64,000 nucleotides of DNA from Pseudomonadota bacterium (GCA_018062345.1 JAGOSL010000002.1:32541-96540), one strand, 5' to 3'. Counted from the stretch's first letter, positions 49,157-59,367 are shown. The notes: a model not told the origin generated them from the sequence alone. Translations and numbers: made by a program.

Positions 49157-50110
49157 TTACAAGTTTAGAATTTCTTTTAAAAAAGATGCTACTTTTTTAG
49201 AATTAATCATTGCCCCTTGATAGTTTAAGTGAGTGTAATCTGAAAAATTCTCATTTTTTAATGTGTATGGCTTGTTTGAGATTATTCCTTGATATGTTTC
49301 TTTGAAATAGTTAAAAGCTTCTTCTGTTTCAGGCATTGGAGCAAGATAAATAATAACGTCTGTTTTATCGCTCTTAAAATGAGAGACCAGTTTCATTATT
49401 TTTTTTCGAGGATCGTGAGGTGTATTAAAATAATCTCCATATTTATATCGGCTATTGATTTTCTCGGTTTCTTTCATTTTTCCAGTATTATTTTCTTTGT
49501 TTTGGAATCCTTTGAATTCTTCAAGTTCCATGTATAGCTGTTTTAATTGCTCTTTTGTGGTGGTGGGAGTGATTTTATCAGTAAGATACGTTATAAGCGC
49601 TGATGGAATTTGTAGCGGGTTATACTCACCCAAATTTTCTATAAACAAATCTATGCTTGCAAGCTTAATGTAGGAAAAAATTTGTTCAAAAGTTTTTACG
49701 CAATACATATTGGGTATTGAGGGGGAAATGTAATAAATAATTAATTTTGGAGGATTATTAGACTTTAAATATGATCTAAGTATTGCTTCGTAACCAATAA
49801 TACCTGTGCCGCCATAAGTTCCTAGATTTAAAACTTTTAGTCCTGTTTCCTTCTCAATTATTTTTGGGGAAACGCCCATCAGGCAAGATGAATCACCAAA
49901 AAAAATAACATCATAATTTTCATTGGTAAATGATGATTTATAATCAAGTAAAACTTTGTATTCACACAAAAATGAGTTGTCGTATCTCATTAGAGTCCAG
50001 CCTACTAGTATAGGAATTAATGTACATGCTATTCCTGTCAACCAAAAAACTCTTAAGTAAGTGGATAGGTGAGAGAAATTTTTTGCGAAAACATCGCAAA
50101 GCTTCTTCAT
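49157..50110 (-). CDS. Membrane-anchored SGNH-like partner of the MBOAT protein (AlgJ/DltD/PatB-like)
   Basis: N-terminal TM, FFGDSS (GDS nucleophile), NLGTYGG, C-terminal DYTH (DxxH); directly upstream of the MBOAT gene. Confidence 0.7.
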   Translation of the reverse strand: MKKLCDVFAKNFSHLSTYLRVFWLTGIACTLIPILVGWTLMRYDNSFLCEYKVLLDYKSSFTNENYDVIFFGDSSCLMGVSPKIIEKETGLKVLNLGTYGGTGIIGYEAILRSYLKSNNPPKLIIYYISPSIPNMYCVKTFEQIFSYIKLASIDLFIENLGEYNPLQIPSALITYLTDKITPTTTKEQLKQLYMELEEFKGFQNKENNTGKMKETEKINSRYKYGDYFNTPHDPRKKIMKLVSHFKSDKTDVIIYLAPMPETEEAFNYFKETYQGIISNKPYTLKNENFSDYTHLNYQGAMINSKKVASFLKEILNL

Positions 50111-50115
50111 GTATG

Positions 50116-50991
50116 CTAAACCCCTATGCCAAAAGCGCGCAGTGCCCATGAGCGTTCTTGCCAATCTTCTTCGACTTTGACGAATAACTTCAAATGCACT
50201 TTTCGTTCAAGTTGAGTTTCAAGTTCACAACGCGCAGCTTGTCCAATTTTTTTTAAGGTTTGTCCACCTTTGCCTAATACAATTCCTTTGTGATTATCTC
50301 TGGATACGACAATTGCTTGGCTGATTTTAACTGATCCATTATCAAACTCTTCCCAGCTTTCAGATTCTACAAAAATGCTGTAAGGAAGTTCTTGGTGAAG
50401 AGTCAAAAAAATTTGCTCACGTGTAACTTCAGCAGCCCATGAGCGTACTGGAATGTTGGTGATTTGATCTTCAGGGTATAGCCATGGACTCTTGGGCATA
50501 ATGCTGCACAAATGAGCAAGCAGGTCGTCTACGCCGTCTCTGTTTAGTGCGCTAATCATGAATATATCTTTTACATTTTCAAAAGAATTAATCGATTGAG
50601 CTAACTTCAAAAGATTATCCTTATCTATTAAATCAATTTTATTAAGGCAAATGATTAAACCTTTTTTGTGTTGCTCGCATAATTGTTGGGCTAGCTGTAG
50701 ATTAGGTCTTGTGACATCAATGACAAGAATGTTTGCATCAGAATCTGCGCTGGCGTCAAACGCTTCTTTTACCATTGCGTGATCAAGCATTTTTTTAGGT
50801 GTAAAAATGCCAGGAGTGTCTACAAGTATAAGCTGTGTGTTTTCTTTTATTGCAATTCCCATAATTCGACTGCGAGTCGTTTGCACTTTTGGAGATACAA
50901 TAGAAACTTTTTGACCAACAAGCTGATTTACAAGAGTGGATTTTCCTGCATTGGGGGCGCCTAAAATAGCGATAAAGCCGCATGTTTCCAT
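50116..50991 (-). CDS. era: GTPase Era
   Basis: GAPNAGKSTL, QTTR, DTPG, NKID, KH domain GKGGQTLK. Confidence 0.98.
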   Translation of the reverse strand: METCGFIAILGAPNAGKSTLVNQLVGQKVSIVSPKVQTTRSRIMGIAIKENTQLILVDTPGIFTPKKMLDHAMVKEAFDASADSDANILVIDVTRPNLQLAQQLCEQHKKGLIICLNKIDLIDKDNLLKLAQSINSFENVKDIFMISALNRDGVDDLLAHLCSIMPKSPWLYPEDQITNIPVRSWAAEVTREQIFLTLHQELPYSIFVESESWEEFDNGSVKISQAIVVSRDNHKGIVLGKGGQTLKKIGQAARCELETQLERKVHLKLFVKVEEDWQERSWALRAFGIGV

Positions 50992-50992
50992 T

Positions 50993-51562
50993 TTAAGATT
51001 TTTTTCGAGAAACGTTTAGGCAAACATCACCGCTGAAGCACATAACATTTTTTCCTGTGTGAATTTCATATGATTGTGCGGTTATGGTATTTTTTTGGTG
51101 ACAAGTTTTAATGCCTTGACTGCCCCTTATATCTTGCGTTTGCGTGTCAAGAATTGCATGATCGGTTGTTGCAACAAGTCCTGAATGGTGATCAAAGCTG
51201 ACTTTTTCAAAAAAATGCACCTCACGATCAATTTCATAATACGATGCCTGAGATGATTTTAGTGATGATGAGCCGTCAGATTTTTGAAAAGTACCAGTTG
51301 GGTTATCTAAAGTTATTTTGTCACCATATTGTATAGCGTTATTTGCATTAACAAGTAGGCGTGCTTGTGTTTGTGGATTGTGTGAAACCATCCGTAGTAT
51401 TTTTGCTTGATTTTTCTTAACTACTTCTTCAAAAACTTGTTTTTCAGAGGTAACTTCATGGCCAACTTTTTCTATTGAACTATTTTTGAGCAATACAAAG
51501 GCAATGCTGATGATAGCTACTGGGAAAAAATACCTGAGTATGCGATTTGCTTTCCGGCGCAT
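50993..51562 (-). CDS. lptC: LPS export ABC transporter periplasmic protein LptC-like
   Basis: Single N-terminal TM then a beta-jellyroll pattern (ITLDNP, VSFDHHSG..ATTDHA.LD); 189 aa. Confidence 0.7.
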   Translation of the reverse strand: MRRKANRILRYFFPVAIISIAFVLLKNSSIEKVGHEVTSEKQVFEEVVKKNQAKILRMVSHNPQTQARLLVNANNAIQYGDKITLDNPTGTFQKSDGSSSLKSSQASYYEIDREVHFFEKVSFDHHSGLVATTDHAILDTQTQDIRGSQGIKTCHQKNTITAQSYEIHTGKNVMCFSGDVCLNVSRKKS

Positions 51563-51625
51563 GTATCCTCAAAAAAATAAAATCTTACGTATACGATAAC
51601 GTAGATAGATTAATAAAATCTAATT

Positions 51626-51711
51626 TGGTGCCCCCGGGGAGACTCGAACTCCCACGTCCTACGGACAACAGATTTTGAGTCTGCCGCGTCTACCAATTCC
51701 ACCACAGGGGC
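51626..51711 (-). tRNA. tRNA-Leu(CAA)
   Basis: Minus strand GCCCCTGTGGTGGAATTGGTAGAC..GCAGA-CTCAAAA-TCTGT..long arm..GTTCGAGTCTCCCCGGGGGCACCA. Confidence 0.96.
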
Positions 51712-51823
51712 GCTAGGTGATAATACTCGTTTTTTAAAAATCGTCAAAGAAAATTTAAAAGGGTGTTTTTAGGATCTTGAAATTTGAGTTGCACCTCCTG
51801 ACGCTTTAAGCTAAAACCTTAAT

Positions 51824-52510
51824 ATGCGAGTACTGTATTATTATCCTTTATGCCCATATTCTCGTAAGGTGCGTTTGTGCCTTGCTGAGAAGAAATTGGA
51901 TTTTTCTCAGGAAATTGAAAATTTTTGGGAGAAAAGGCCAGAATTTACAAATTTGAATCCCTTAGGTCATGTGCCAATGCTAATCGATTTGAATGGATCG
52001 GTTCTAGCTGACAGCACTGCAATTGTTGAATATTTGGAAGAAGCATACCCTGACCGTAAGTTGTATCCAGAGGAAGCTTTAGCAAGAGCTGAGGCGCGTA
52101 GAATTATGAATTGGTTTGATACAAGATTTGCGCAGGAAGTGAGTTTAGTTATTTTGTGGGAAAAAGCGATAAAGCGTTTAGCGGCAAAAGCTTTGGGGCA
52201 ATCAAGTGCTGGCCCGGATTCAAATCTTATGCGGTCCACTAAAGTAACAATGACTAAGCACTTAGAATATTTATCTTGGTTGGTTGACAGGCGTAACTGG
52301 TTAGCAGGTGATCATTTTACGGTTGCTGATATTGCCGCAGTTGCACATATATCAACGGTGGATTATTTCGGCGACATTAATTGGGAAAAATTTGAATCGG
52401 TAAAAAATTGGTTTATGCGCATTAAATCACGGCCGAGTTATCGAGGTTTTTTCAGCGATAAAATTCCAGCTATTGCCCCGGCTGCACATTATGCAGAACT
52501 AGATTTTTAA
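51824..52510 (+). CDS. fzlA: GST-family FtsZ-binding protein FzlA-like
   Basis: GST fold (CPYSRKVRLCLAEKK, WLAG, IKSRPSY) ending HYAELDF, like the alphaproteobacterial FzlA C-terminus. Confidence 0.7.
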   Translation: MRVLYYYPLCPYSRKVRLCLAEKKLDFSQEIENFWEKRPEFTNLNPLGHVPMLIDLNGSVLADSTAIVEYLEEAYPDRKLYPEEALARAEARRIMNWFDTRFAQEVSLVILWEKAIKRLAAKALGQSSAGPDSNLMRSTKVTMTKHLEYLSWLVDRRNWLAGDHFTVADIAAVAHISTVDYFGDINWEKFESVKNWFMRIKSRPSYRGFFSDKIPAIAPAAHYAELDF

Positions 52511-54564
52511 TAATCAGCGCACCAAGGTCTTGATCCAAAATAAGTTTTTAAAAAGCAGAATCGTAAGGGGTTTTCGTACACGGCAATACCACCTTCATAT
52601 TGAATAATATTTCTATCAATTACTTTTTTAAATTTGAGACTGTGCTTTTTTAAAGTGCGTTCATACCCAAAGGTGATAACAACATTAACCGGGATGTCAT
52701 CATTAGTAATTGCGTGTAAGTATTCAATTCCTTCTTTAGGAGAGGTTATTAAGACTAATTTTGAGTTTTGGAAATGATGATATTTTTGGTTCCAAGTTTG
52801 TTTTTCAGTAATACCCCATTCTTGTGCCCAAAGGTCAGTTGAGAAAGTATTTCGTTTTTGATCTGAAATATAAATTACATTTTCCTGTCGATATGCCATG
52901 ACATCATTTTTTTGGCTGATGTAAGCAATGGGAAGATCAAAAGAGCGCCACAATATAATTCCAATGAGAACTGGGGCAACCCCTGCCCAACGCCAGGGTT
53001 TTTTCCACAAACACAACCATAACATCCCTAAACTAAACACGATAAGAGCGTGAGAAGGAACCGCCTTAACATGAATTGAGGCGCCTGGAAGCAATGATAT
53101 TTTTTTTGTAATTGTGCATAATAATTTTAGACTCTTCTCCCACAGCCAGAAAAGAGTGGGGCTTCCTCCGAATAATAAGGACAATACACAAAATAACCCT
53201 AGTGGCATGACAACGAGACCCACCAATGGAATTGCTAAAAGATTTCCCAGAATTGCTTGAGCTGTGAAACGCTGAAAAAAAGCCATACTAAACGGGGCTG
53301 TCGCTAGTGAGGCAATGAGTGTTGTCATTAATATTCCACAAAAGATCCATGCGAGTTTTTTTATTCCTAAAAAGTTACTAGTATTTTTAAATACTTTTTC
53401 TTGAAGCGCAGGCCAAGCTGATTCATAAAATGCTAGCAATCCAAGAACAGCTGCAAATGAGAGTTGGAAACTTGCCGATAATATGCTTTCAGGTGAGAAT
53501 ATAAGCACGATAAATGCAGCTAGCGCTAAACTCCGCATAGAAAAAGCTGTGCGATCTAAGCACACCGCTAGCATAGCAAGAGTTATCATTATAAACGATC
53601 TTTGCACCGGAATGCCAAAATTTGCTACGGCCATGTAAAGCATGCTGGCAATAACCGCTAAGCAAGCGGCAATTTTTTTTGACGAGAACATCATTGAAAA
53701 GGCGGGAAAAAAACAAAATAGTCGGCGCAGTATTAAAAAAACAAGACCAGCGATTAAGCTTAGGTGTAATCCCGAAATTGCCAAAACATGAGCAAGTCCT
53801 GCATCAACAAATGCTTGACGCAATTCATACGGTATATAGCTGCGGTCACCGGTCACAAGCGCTGAAGCGATAGTGCTGTAGGGGGCTTGTAAATTTGATA
53901 GCAATTTTTGTGTAAGTGCTTGACGATATTGAGCAAATGGCTTTTTCTTAGTTTTTTTATGATTCAAAACTTTCTTTACGCTTGCGGTTCCTGCAATTTT
54001 TTGAAGATACGCTGCTCGCCTTGCAAAGTATCCATGTAAACTGCTCGGCATGGGAATAGGGTAAATAGTACCATTAACAATAAGTTGGTCGTGGATTTCT
54101 AGATTTTGTGCAAGTTTTTCTGAAATATTGAGTCGCAGTTTTGCTGAGTGATGGGCATTATTAATGTGGACCTGATCTAAAACCAATCTGTAAGTACCAT
54201 CATCTTTATAAGGGTGGTTTTCAATGGATTCTATTTGTCCTTTAATTTCTACGCTTTCTTGGTTCGCATTAAACATTTGCGTTGTGTTAAAATGTACTCG
54301 CCCACCCATTAGGCAAAAGCCCGTGCAGGCTCCTATTATTACATAAGAGCCTAATCTGAAAGCAGGATTTTTTACAGCATACACCACTGAAATGGTTGCT
54401 AAAAAAAATAAGAAAATATAAATGAACCATCCCGGTTCAGTGCTTAATGTTAAATAGATTACAATGCCAAATAACAATCCAACTGGGAGCCAATGAATCC
54501 AGCGTGATTGCTCAGAAAAATAAATATTTAATAGCTTTGTGAGAAAGTTTGAATTTCCAAGCAC
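52507..54564 (-). CDS. comEC: ComEC/Rec2 competence protein
   Basis: GLAHVLAISGLH, PVQRSFIM, SASFQLSFAA, GNLLAIP. Confidence 0.93.
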   Translation of the reverse strand: MLGNSNFLTKLLNIYFSEQSRWIHWLPVGLLFGIVIYLTLSTEPGWFIYIFLFFLATISVVYAVKNPAFRLGSYVIIGACTGFCLMGGRVHFNTTQMFNANQESVEIKGQIESIENHPYKDDGTYRLVLDQVHINNAHHSAKLRLNISEKLAQNLEIHDQLIVNGTIYPIPMPSSLHGYFARRAAYLQKIAGTASVKKVLNHKKTKKKPFAQYRQALTQKLLSNLQAPYSTIASALVTGDRSYIPYELRQAFVDAGLAHVLAISGLHLSLIAGLVFLILRRLFCFFPAFSMMFSSKKIAACLAVIASMLYMAVANFGIPVQRSFIMITLAMLAVCLDRTAFSMRSLALAAFIVLIFSPESILSASFQLSFAAVLGLLAFYESAWPALQEKVFKNTSNFLGIKKLAWIFCGILMTTLIASLATAPFSMAFFQRFTAQAILGNLLAIPLVGLVVMPLGLFCVLSLLFGGSPTLFWLWEKSLKLLCTITKKISLLPGASIHVKAVPSHALIVFSLGMLWLCLWKKPWRWAGVAPVLIGIILWRSFDLPIAYISQKNDVMAYRQENVIYISDQKRNTFSTDLWAQEWGITEKQTWNQKYHHFQNSKLVLITSPKEGIEYLHAITNDDIPVNVVITFGYERTLKKHSLKFKKVIDRNIIQYEGGIAVYENPLRFCFLKTYFGSRPWCADY

Positions 54565-54576
54565 CTTAACAAGCGT

Positions 54577-54822
54577 CTAAATTAGGGCTTCTTCGTTTAA
54601 AAATGGCTTCATTGAGGCTGTTCCATCAGAATTTTCAAGAATCTGTTCTACTTTTAGGCGTGCATTTTTCAGCATGCTGTCGCAGTGATTTTTTAAGCCA
54701 ATTCCTCGCTCAAAAGTTTTGATAGCTTCATCTAAAGGACATTTTCCTTCTTCTAAACGGCGCACCAAAGACTCTAAATCACTTAAGGCTTCTTCAAAGC
54801 TTAATTTTTCAATTGTTTGCAT
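54577..54822 (-). CDS. xseB: Exodeoxyribonuclease VII small subunit
   Basis: LSFEEALSDLESLVRRLEEG..PLDEAI..FERG...L..A.LKVE. Confidence 0.95.
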   Translation of the reverse strand: MQTIEKLSFEEALSDLESLVRRLEEGKCPLDEAIKTFERGIGLKNHCDSMLKNARLKVEQILENSDGTASMKPFLNEEALI

Positions 54823-54916
54823 AACCTTGTGTGAATTTCTGATTTGTGTTCATGGTTTTACTTAGCCCAATTCGCTATGAAAACTCAAGATTATTTTTAT
54901 GATAGTATTTGACAAG

Positions 54917-55369
54917 TTATCTGATTTTTTTAGCTAACGCATCAATTATGCCATGAATGAATGATACATCTTTTTTTTCCAGGAAGCTTTTTGCAACTTC
55001 TAGATACTCATTGATGATAACTGAAGTGGGGACTGAGGGGGTGTTAGTTAGTTCGTAAAGGGCGCAACGAAGTATCGATCTGCTTAAACTAGGTAGTCTT
55101 TCTATTTTCCATTGCTCTGCAAGTTGTTCTGTAATTTTCTGGTCAAAGACAGATAAGTCATTTGCCAAGAAATTTGTAATGTCTTTGAAAAAATTAATAT
55201 CAGGCTCTGTTGTGCCTTTAACATCTTCATTAAAACGAGAGTTTAAGAATTGGAAGACGACATCTTGCCTATCTTCAGGGTTTTGTTCCATTTGGTATAC
55301 AGCTTGAACTGCTGCTACGCGGGATAAATGACGTGCGCTACCATAAATTTTTTGAGATTTTTCAAACAC
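54917..55369 (-). CDS. nusB: Transcription antitermination factor NusB
   Basis: RHLSRVAAVQAVYQ, WKIERL, VIINEYLEVAK, FIHGI.D. Confidence 0.93.
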   Translation of the reverse strand: MFEKSQKIYGSARHLSRVAAVQAVYQMEQNPEDRQDVVFQFLNSRFNEDVKGTTEPDINFFKDITNFLANDLSVFDQKITEQLAEQWKIERLPSLSRSILRCALYELTNTPSVPTSVIINEYLEVAKSFLEKKDVSFIHGIIDALAKKIR

Positions 55370-55372
55370 TGG

Positions 55373-55837
55373 CTATGCTGCTGCTGCAATTGGAGGGTGG
55401 AGAAGTTGATTTTGTAACATCATAAGATTCACCAATGACTGGACTGCGAGTTGTACCTTTGAAACAAAAGCTGTGTTATTCAATTCCTTAATTTCTTTTT
55501 CAAAAACTACAACGCTTGACGACGGCACACCTGCGTTAGCTGTCATATTAAGGATTGTATTCCAAATATGATGATGATTTTCTTCGGGTATGTCGCCTTT
55601 ACAGTTGAGCCCAAGGATCAAATATCCATCGGGAATTCGCATATTAGTTGAGTCTGCGAGATGAATTTTTCTTAGAAGCATCTGCAAGGCAACAGGAAGA
55701 TCAGCGCTGTTGGGAACGGTAACTCTGCTATGAGTAATTCCTTGTTGTGTCAGCGCACTCACAGCTACATTATACCACTGTTCAGTAACATCTGGAAAAC
55801 GTCTGCTTTCTAAAATCACCACATGGGGTTGATGCAT
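55373..55837 (-). CDS. ribH: Degenerate lumazine synthase (RibH-like)
   Basis: RibH length and pattern (VVILESR, VTVP...LP, DGYLILG...KG) and ribH-nusB synteny, but the catalytic motifs are altered. Confidence 0.65.
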   Translation of the reverse strand: MHQPHVVILESRRFPDVTEQWYNVAVSALTQQGITHSRVTVPNSADLPVALQMLLRKIHLADSTNMRIPDGYLILGLNCKGDIPEENHHHIWNTILNMTANAGVPSSSVVVFEKEIKELNNTAFVSKVQLAVQSLVNLMMLQNQLLHPPIAAAA

Positions 55838-55990
55838 ACAAACCTCTCTTGATAAGTAGACGAACAATACCTAACTATAGTTTGTTTCGTCAATGATTGA
55901 ATTTTTGGCGCTAAATATCGCGCTTATTTTTTCATGACAAAATTAATAATACATTATATAAGAAGCTATGTGAAATTACATTTAAGTTCA

Positions 55991-56914
55991 ATGTCGATTA
56001 TAAATGCTGAATTAGCTATAAGATATTTGCTTGAAGAGCAGGTCGTCGCGATTCCAACGGAAACTGTTTATGGGTTGGCTGCCAATGCTACTAGTGATAT
56101 AGCTGTTGCAAAGATTTATTCGATGAAAGATCGCCCTCAATTTAATCCGCTCATTATCCATGTTAATTCTATTGAAATGGTTGAAGAGTGGGCGGTAGTT
56201 TCTGAATTTACTAAAGATTTGATGAAAGAATTCTGGTGTGAGCGTGAGGGATCAATCAGCTTTGTTTTGAAGTTGAAGAGATCTCATCCTTTATCGTTGT
56301 TAGCTCTTGCCGGATTAAGTACAGTGGCGGTCAGAAGGCCTAACCATCATATGGCGCTAGAGATTCTAAACGGCTTGCCATTTCCCTTGGCGGCCCCTAG
56401 TGCAAATCGCTCAAATTCACTTAGCCCAACAAGTGCTGAGCACGTATTGGTTGGATTGGGAAGGCAAGTGTCGGTAGTTGACGGAGGAATTTCGAAAATA
56501 GGGCTGGAGTCAACGATACTTGACGTTACTCAAGGCGAAATGAAAATATTGCGCTACGGGGCAGTTACAGAAGCTGATTTAGCTTTTTTTGGTAAGGTGG
56601 GCCACGCAAGCAATAAAGAGGCAATTAAAGCACCAGGGATGTTAGATCGACACTATGCGCCCGCAAAACCGTTGAAAATGAATGTGGCTAAAAAAGAGGC
56701 TGGAATGGCATTGTTGGGGTTTGGTTGTTGTGATGGCGCGGATCTTAATTTAAGCGAATCAGCAAATTTAGTTGAAGCTGCGGCAAATTTGTTTCGTTGT
56801 TTGCATGAGCTTGATAAATCATCATTTTTATCGATAGGTGTGCAATCCATACCAGATGTGGGAATAGGCAAAGCGATTAATGATCGTTTGATGCGAGCAT
56901 GCTGTGCAAATTAG
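55991..56914 (+). CDS. tsaC: Threonylcarbamoyl-AMP synthase TsaC/Sua5
   Basis: AIPTETVYGLAA, KDRPQFNPLIIH, LAAPSAN, APGML..HYAP. Confidence 0.95.
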   Translation: MSIINAELAIRYLLEEQVVAIPTETVYGLAANATSDIAVAKIYSMKDRPQFNPLIIHVNSIEMVEEWAVVSEFTKDLMKEFWCEREGSISFVLKLKRSHPLSLLALAGLSTVAVRRPNHHMALEILNGLPFPLAAPSANRSNSLSPTSAEHVLVGLGRQVSVVDGGISKIGLESTILDVTQGEMKILRYGAVTEADLAFFGKVGHASNKEAIKAPGMLDRHYAPAKPLKMNVAKKEAGMALLGFGCCDGADLNLSESANLVEAAANLFRCLHELDKSSFLSIGVQSIPDVGIGKAINDRLMRACCAN

Positions 56915-56926
56915 TGAGATAAATAT

Positions 56927-57003
<77 letters not shown>

Positions 57004-57096
57004 ACAAGGTAGATAACATATAGCCGTTAGTTTAAAAAAATGCAAGATATTTTCCTGGACAATTTTTCGTGTATCCACTAAAACATACAGGAGTGT

Positions 57097-57173
57097 AGGA
57101 GTGTAGCTCAATTGGCTAGAGCGTCGGTCTCCAAAACCGAAGGCTGGGGGTTCGAGACCCTCCACTCCTGCCA
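57097..57173 (+). tRNA. tRNA-Trp(CCA)
   Basis: AGGAGTG/CACTCCT stem, TCGGT-CTCCAAA-ACCGA anticodon arm, CCA; upstream of secE as usual. Confidence 0.96.
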
Positions 57174-57277
57174 TGTTAGTTTTCTGTAGACATTTTTCTG
57201 GCAATCCTATACAAATTGCAGATGAGTCTGTGTTGACGGACTGAATGCAATTTTCTGTTTTTTTAAGGAAATACTCT

Positions 57278-57487
57278 ATGACTGACCATACTAAAGCGCC
57301 TCTGACAAAAAAAATTCCTGAGTTTTTTGCTCAGGTTCGTCAAGAGATGCGCAAGGTTACTTGGCCGAGCGGTAAGGAAACGCGCGTGACAACAATTGTT
57401 GTCTTTATTTTTGCGATTATAGCAGCTGCATATTTTATGGTCGTTGACCTGATTATTGGTCGCCTGCTGCATTTTATTATTGGATAA
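57278..57487 (+). CDS. secE: Preprotein translocase subunit SecE
   Basis: FFAQVRQEMRKVTWPS; start at the ATG at 57278. Confidence 0.95.
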   Translation: MTDHTKAPLTKKIPEFFAQVRQEMRKVTWPSGKETRVTTIVVFIFAIIAAAYFMVVDLIIGRLLHFIIG

Positions 57488-57493
57488 GGTATT

Positions 57494-58030
57494 ATGTTGG
57501 TTGCAAAGTGGTATGTTGTAAATGTGTATTCAGGGTTTGAAAAAAAAGTAGCCCAGCTAATCATGGAGCAAGCTGAGAAGCATGCTCTAGGAGATATGTT
57601 CGAGCAAGTTCTTGTCCCCTCAGAGGAAGTTGTTGAGATTCGTAAGGGCAATAAAAAAGTAAATGCCGAGAAAAATTTTTTCCCAGGCTATGTACTCGTT
57701 AAAATGGCTTTGAATGATAAAACTTGGCATTTGGTTCGTGACATTCCCAGGGTTTCAAGCTTTTTGGGGGCTAAGGGAAAGCCAAGCCCTATCAGTGAGG
57801 CGGAAGTCAATAGAATTATGCAGCAAGTGCAAGATTCTATTGAAAAGCCAAAGCATAATGTGGTATACGAAACAGGGGAGCAGGTTCGAGTCTGTGACGG
57901 TCCGTTTACTTCGTTTAGTGGCTTTGTAGAAGAAGTTGATGAAGATAAGGGGCGGTTGAAGGTTTCTGTTATGATTTTTGGCAGACCTACCCCAGTAGAG
58001 CTTGAATTTGGTCAAGTAGAAAAACAGTAA
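57494..58030 (+). CDS. nusG: Transcription factor NusG
   Basis: [36 protein letters not shown]. Confidence 0.98.
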   Translation: MLVAKWYVVNVYSGFEKKVAQLIMEQAEKHALGDMFEQVLVPSEEVVEIRKGNKKVNAEKNFFPGYVLVKMALNDKTWHLVRDIPRVSSFLGAKGKPSPISEAEVNRIMQQVQDSIEKPKHNVVYETGEQVRVCDGPFTSFSGFVEEVDEDKGRLKVSVMIFGRPTPVELEFGQVEKQ

Positions 58031-58038
58031 GTAAATCT

Positions 58039-58063
58039 GTGGGAGGTTGCCAAGCCGCACCAC
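58039..58063 (+). promoter_or_regulatory. Putative rplK leader hairpin (L1 autoregulatory site)
   Basis: GTGGGAGG...ACCAC motif directly upstream of rplK; assignment rests on the recalled leader pattern. Confidence 0.45.
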
Positions 58064-58087
58064 AGCTCAGTTTGATAGTGAGGAATT

Positions 58088-58519
58088 ATGGCAAAAAAAA
58101 TCGAGGGTTATATAAAGCTCCAGGTGCCCGCTGGAAAAGCAAATCCATCCCCGCCAATCGGTCCAGCTTTGGGTCAACGTGGCCTGAACATTATGGAGTT
58201 CTGTAAGGCATTCAATGCTCAGACTCAAGGTGTTGAGCCAGGAACTCCTTTGCCTGTTGTTATTACCGTGTATGCAGATCGTACTTTTTCCTTTATCACT
58301 AAAACGCCTCCCAATACGTTTTTCTTAAAAAAAGCAGCGGGCATACAAAAGGGAACAAAAACTCCAGGTCGTGAAAATGTTGGAAAAGTAACAATGGCTC
58401 AAATTCGTGAGATAGCAGAGATAAAAATGAAAGATTTGAATGCGCATGATATAGATGCTGCTTGCCAAATGCTTGTTGGTTCTGCTCGTTCAATGGGCCT
58501 AGAAGTTGTGGGAGCATAA
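58088..58519 (+). CDS. rplK: 50S ribosomal protein L11
   Basis: [23 protein letters not shown]. Confidence 0.99.
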   Translation: MAKKIEGYIKLQVPAGKANPSPPIGPALGQRGLNIMEFCKAFNAQTQGVEPGTPLPVVITVYADRTFSFITKTPPNTFFLKKAAGIQKGTKTPGRENVGKVTMAQIREIAEIKMKDLNAHDIDAACQMLVGSARSMGLEVVGA

Positions 58520-58520
58520 A

Positions 58521-59198
58521 ATGGCAGGAAAACGAATAAAAAATGCACTTAAAAATGTGGACTTAAATAAGGTGTATTCTTTGAGCGAGGCTGTGAAACA
58601 AGTTAAAGCCAATGCTACAGCCAAGTTTGATGAAACAGTAGAGATTGCTATTAATCTAAATGTAGATGCAAAAAAAGCTGAGCAAAACATCAGAGGTGTT
58701 TTAAGTTTGCCGCACGGTACTGGAAAAGTCTATAAAGTCGCTGTGTTTGCGCGTGGCCCCAAAGCTGAAGAAGCGAAAAAAGCCGGAGCAGACCTTGTTG
58801 GGGCTGAAGAACTGGTTGATCAAATTTTAAAAGGAGAAATTCCTTTTGATAAGTGTATCGCGACTCCGGACATGATGGGGGTTGTTGGTAGGGTTGCTAA
58901 AGTTCTGGGGCCTCGTGGGCTAATGCCAAATCCGAAGCTTGGAACGGTTACTATGGACGTTGTGGCTGCTTTGTCTGCTATTAAAGGTGGGCAAGTAGAG
59001 TATAGAACTGAAAAAGCAGGTGTTGTGCATTCGCGAGTTGGTAAAGCGAGCTTTGCTGAGAGTGCGTTAGAAGAAAACGTTAAGGCGCTGCTAGATGTTG
59101 TTTTAAAGGCGCGTCCAGCGGGGGTCAAGGGCTCCTATATTAAAAAAATGAGTTTGAGCTCAACTATGGGGCCTGGTTTACAGTTTTCGGTTGAGTAG
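58521..59198 (+). CDS. rplA: 50S ribosomal protein L1
   Basis: [32 protein letters not shown]. Confidence 0.99.
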   Translation: MAGKRIKNALKNVDLNKVYSLSEAVKQVKANATAKFDETVEIAINLNVDAKKAEQNIRGVLSLPHGTGKVYKVAVFARGPKAEEAKKAGADLVGAEELVDQILKGEIPFDKCIATPDMMGVVGRVAKVLGPRGLMPNPKLGTVTMDVVAALSAIKGGQVEYRTEKAGVVHSRVGKASFAESALEENVKALLDVVLKARPAGVKGSYIKKMSLSSTMGPGLQFSVE

Positions 59199-59239
59199 AG
59201 GTATTCTCATGGGGTGACTCATGAGATAGGAACAGGAGC

Positions 59240-59310
59240 CTATCCTGTCCAAGACTGTGGGTTCGGCGGTGCCGTTTAATAGTGAGAGCTGCCTACATAG
59301 ATAGAATGGG
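59240..59310 (+). promoter_or_regulatory. L10 leader (rplJ autoregulatory RNA)
   Basis: CCAAGACTGTGGG...TTTAAT...CCTACATAGA in the rplA-rplJ gap resembles the L10-leader kink-turn core. Confidence 0.65.
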
Positions 59311-59367
59311 TTGCGCATTTGCTCTTCCCTTTCTGTTTCATTAAGTAACGAGTGAAGGAGTATAATA

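Noticed and set aside
57089-57104. Tandem AGGAGTGT duplication at the 5' end of tRNA-Trp as an integration scar
   Set aside because: Only 8 bp, at the 5' rather than the 3' end, and no integrase or cargo is nearby.
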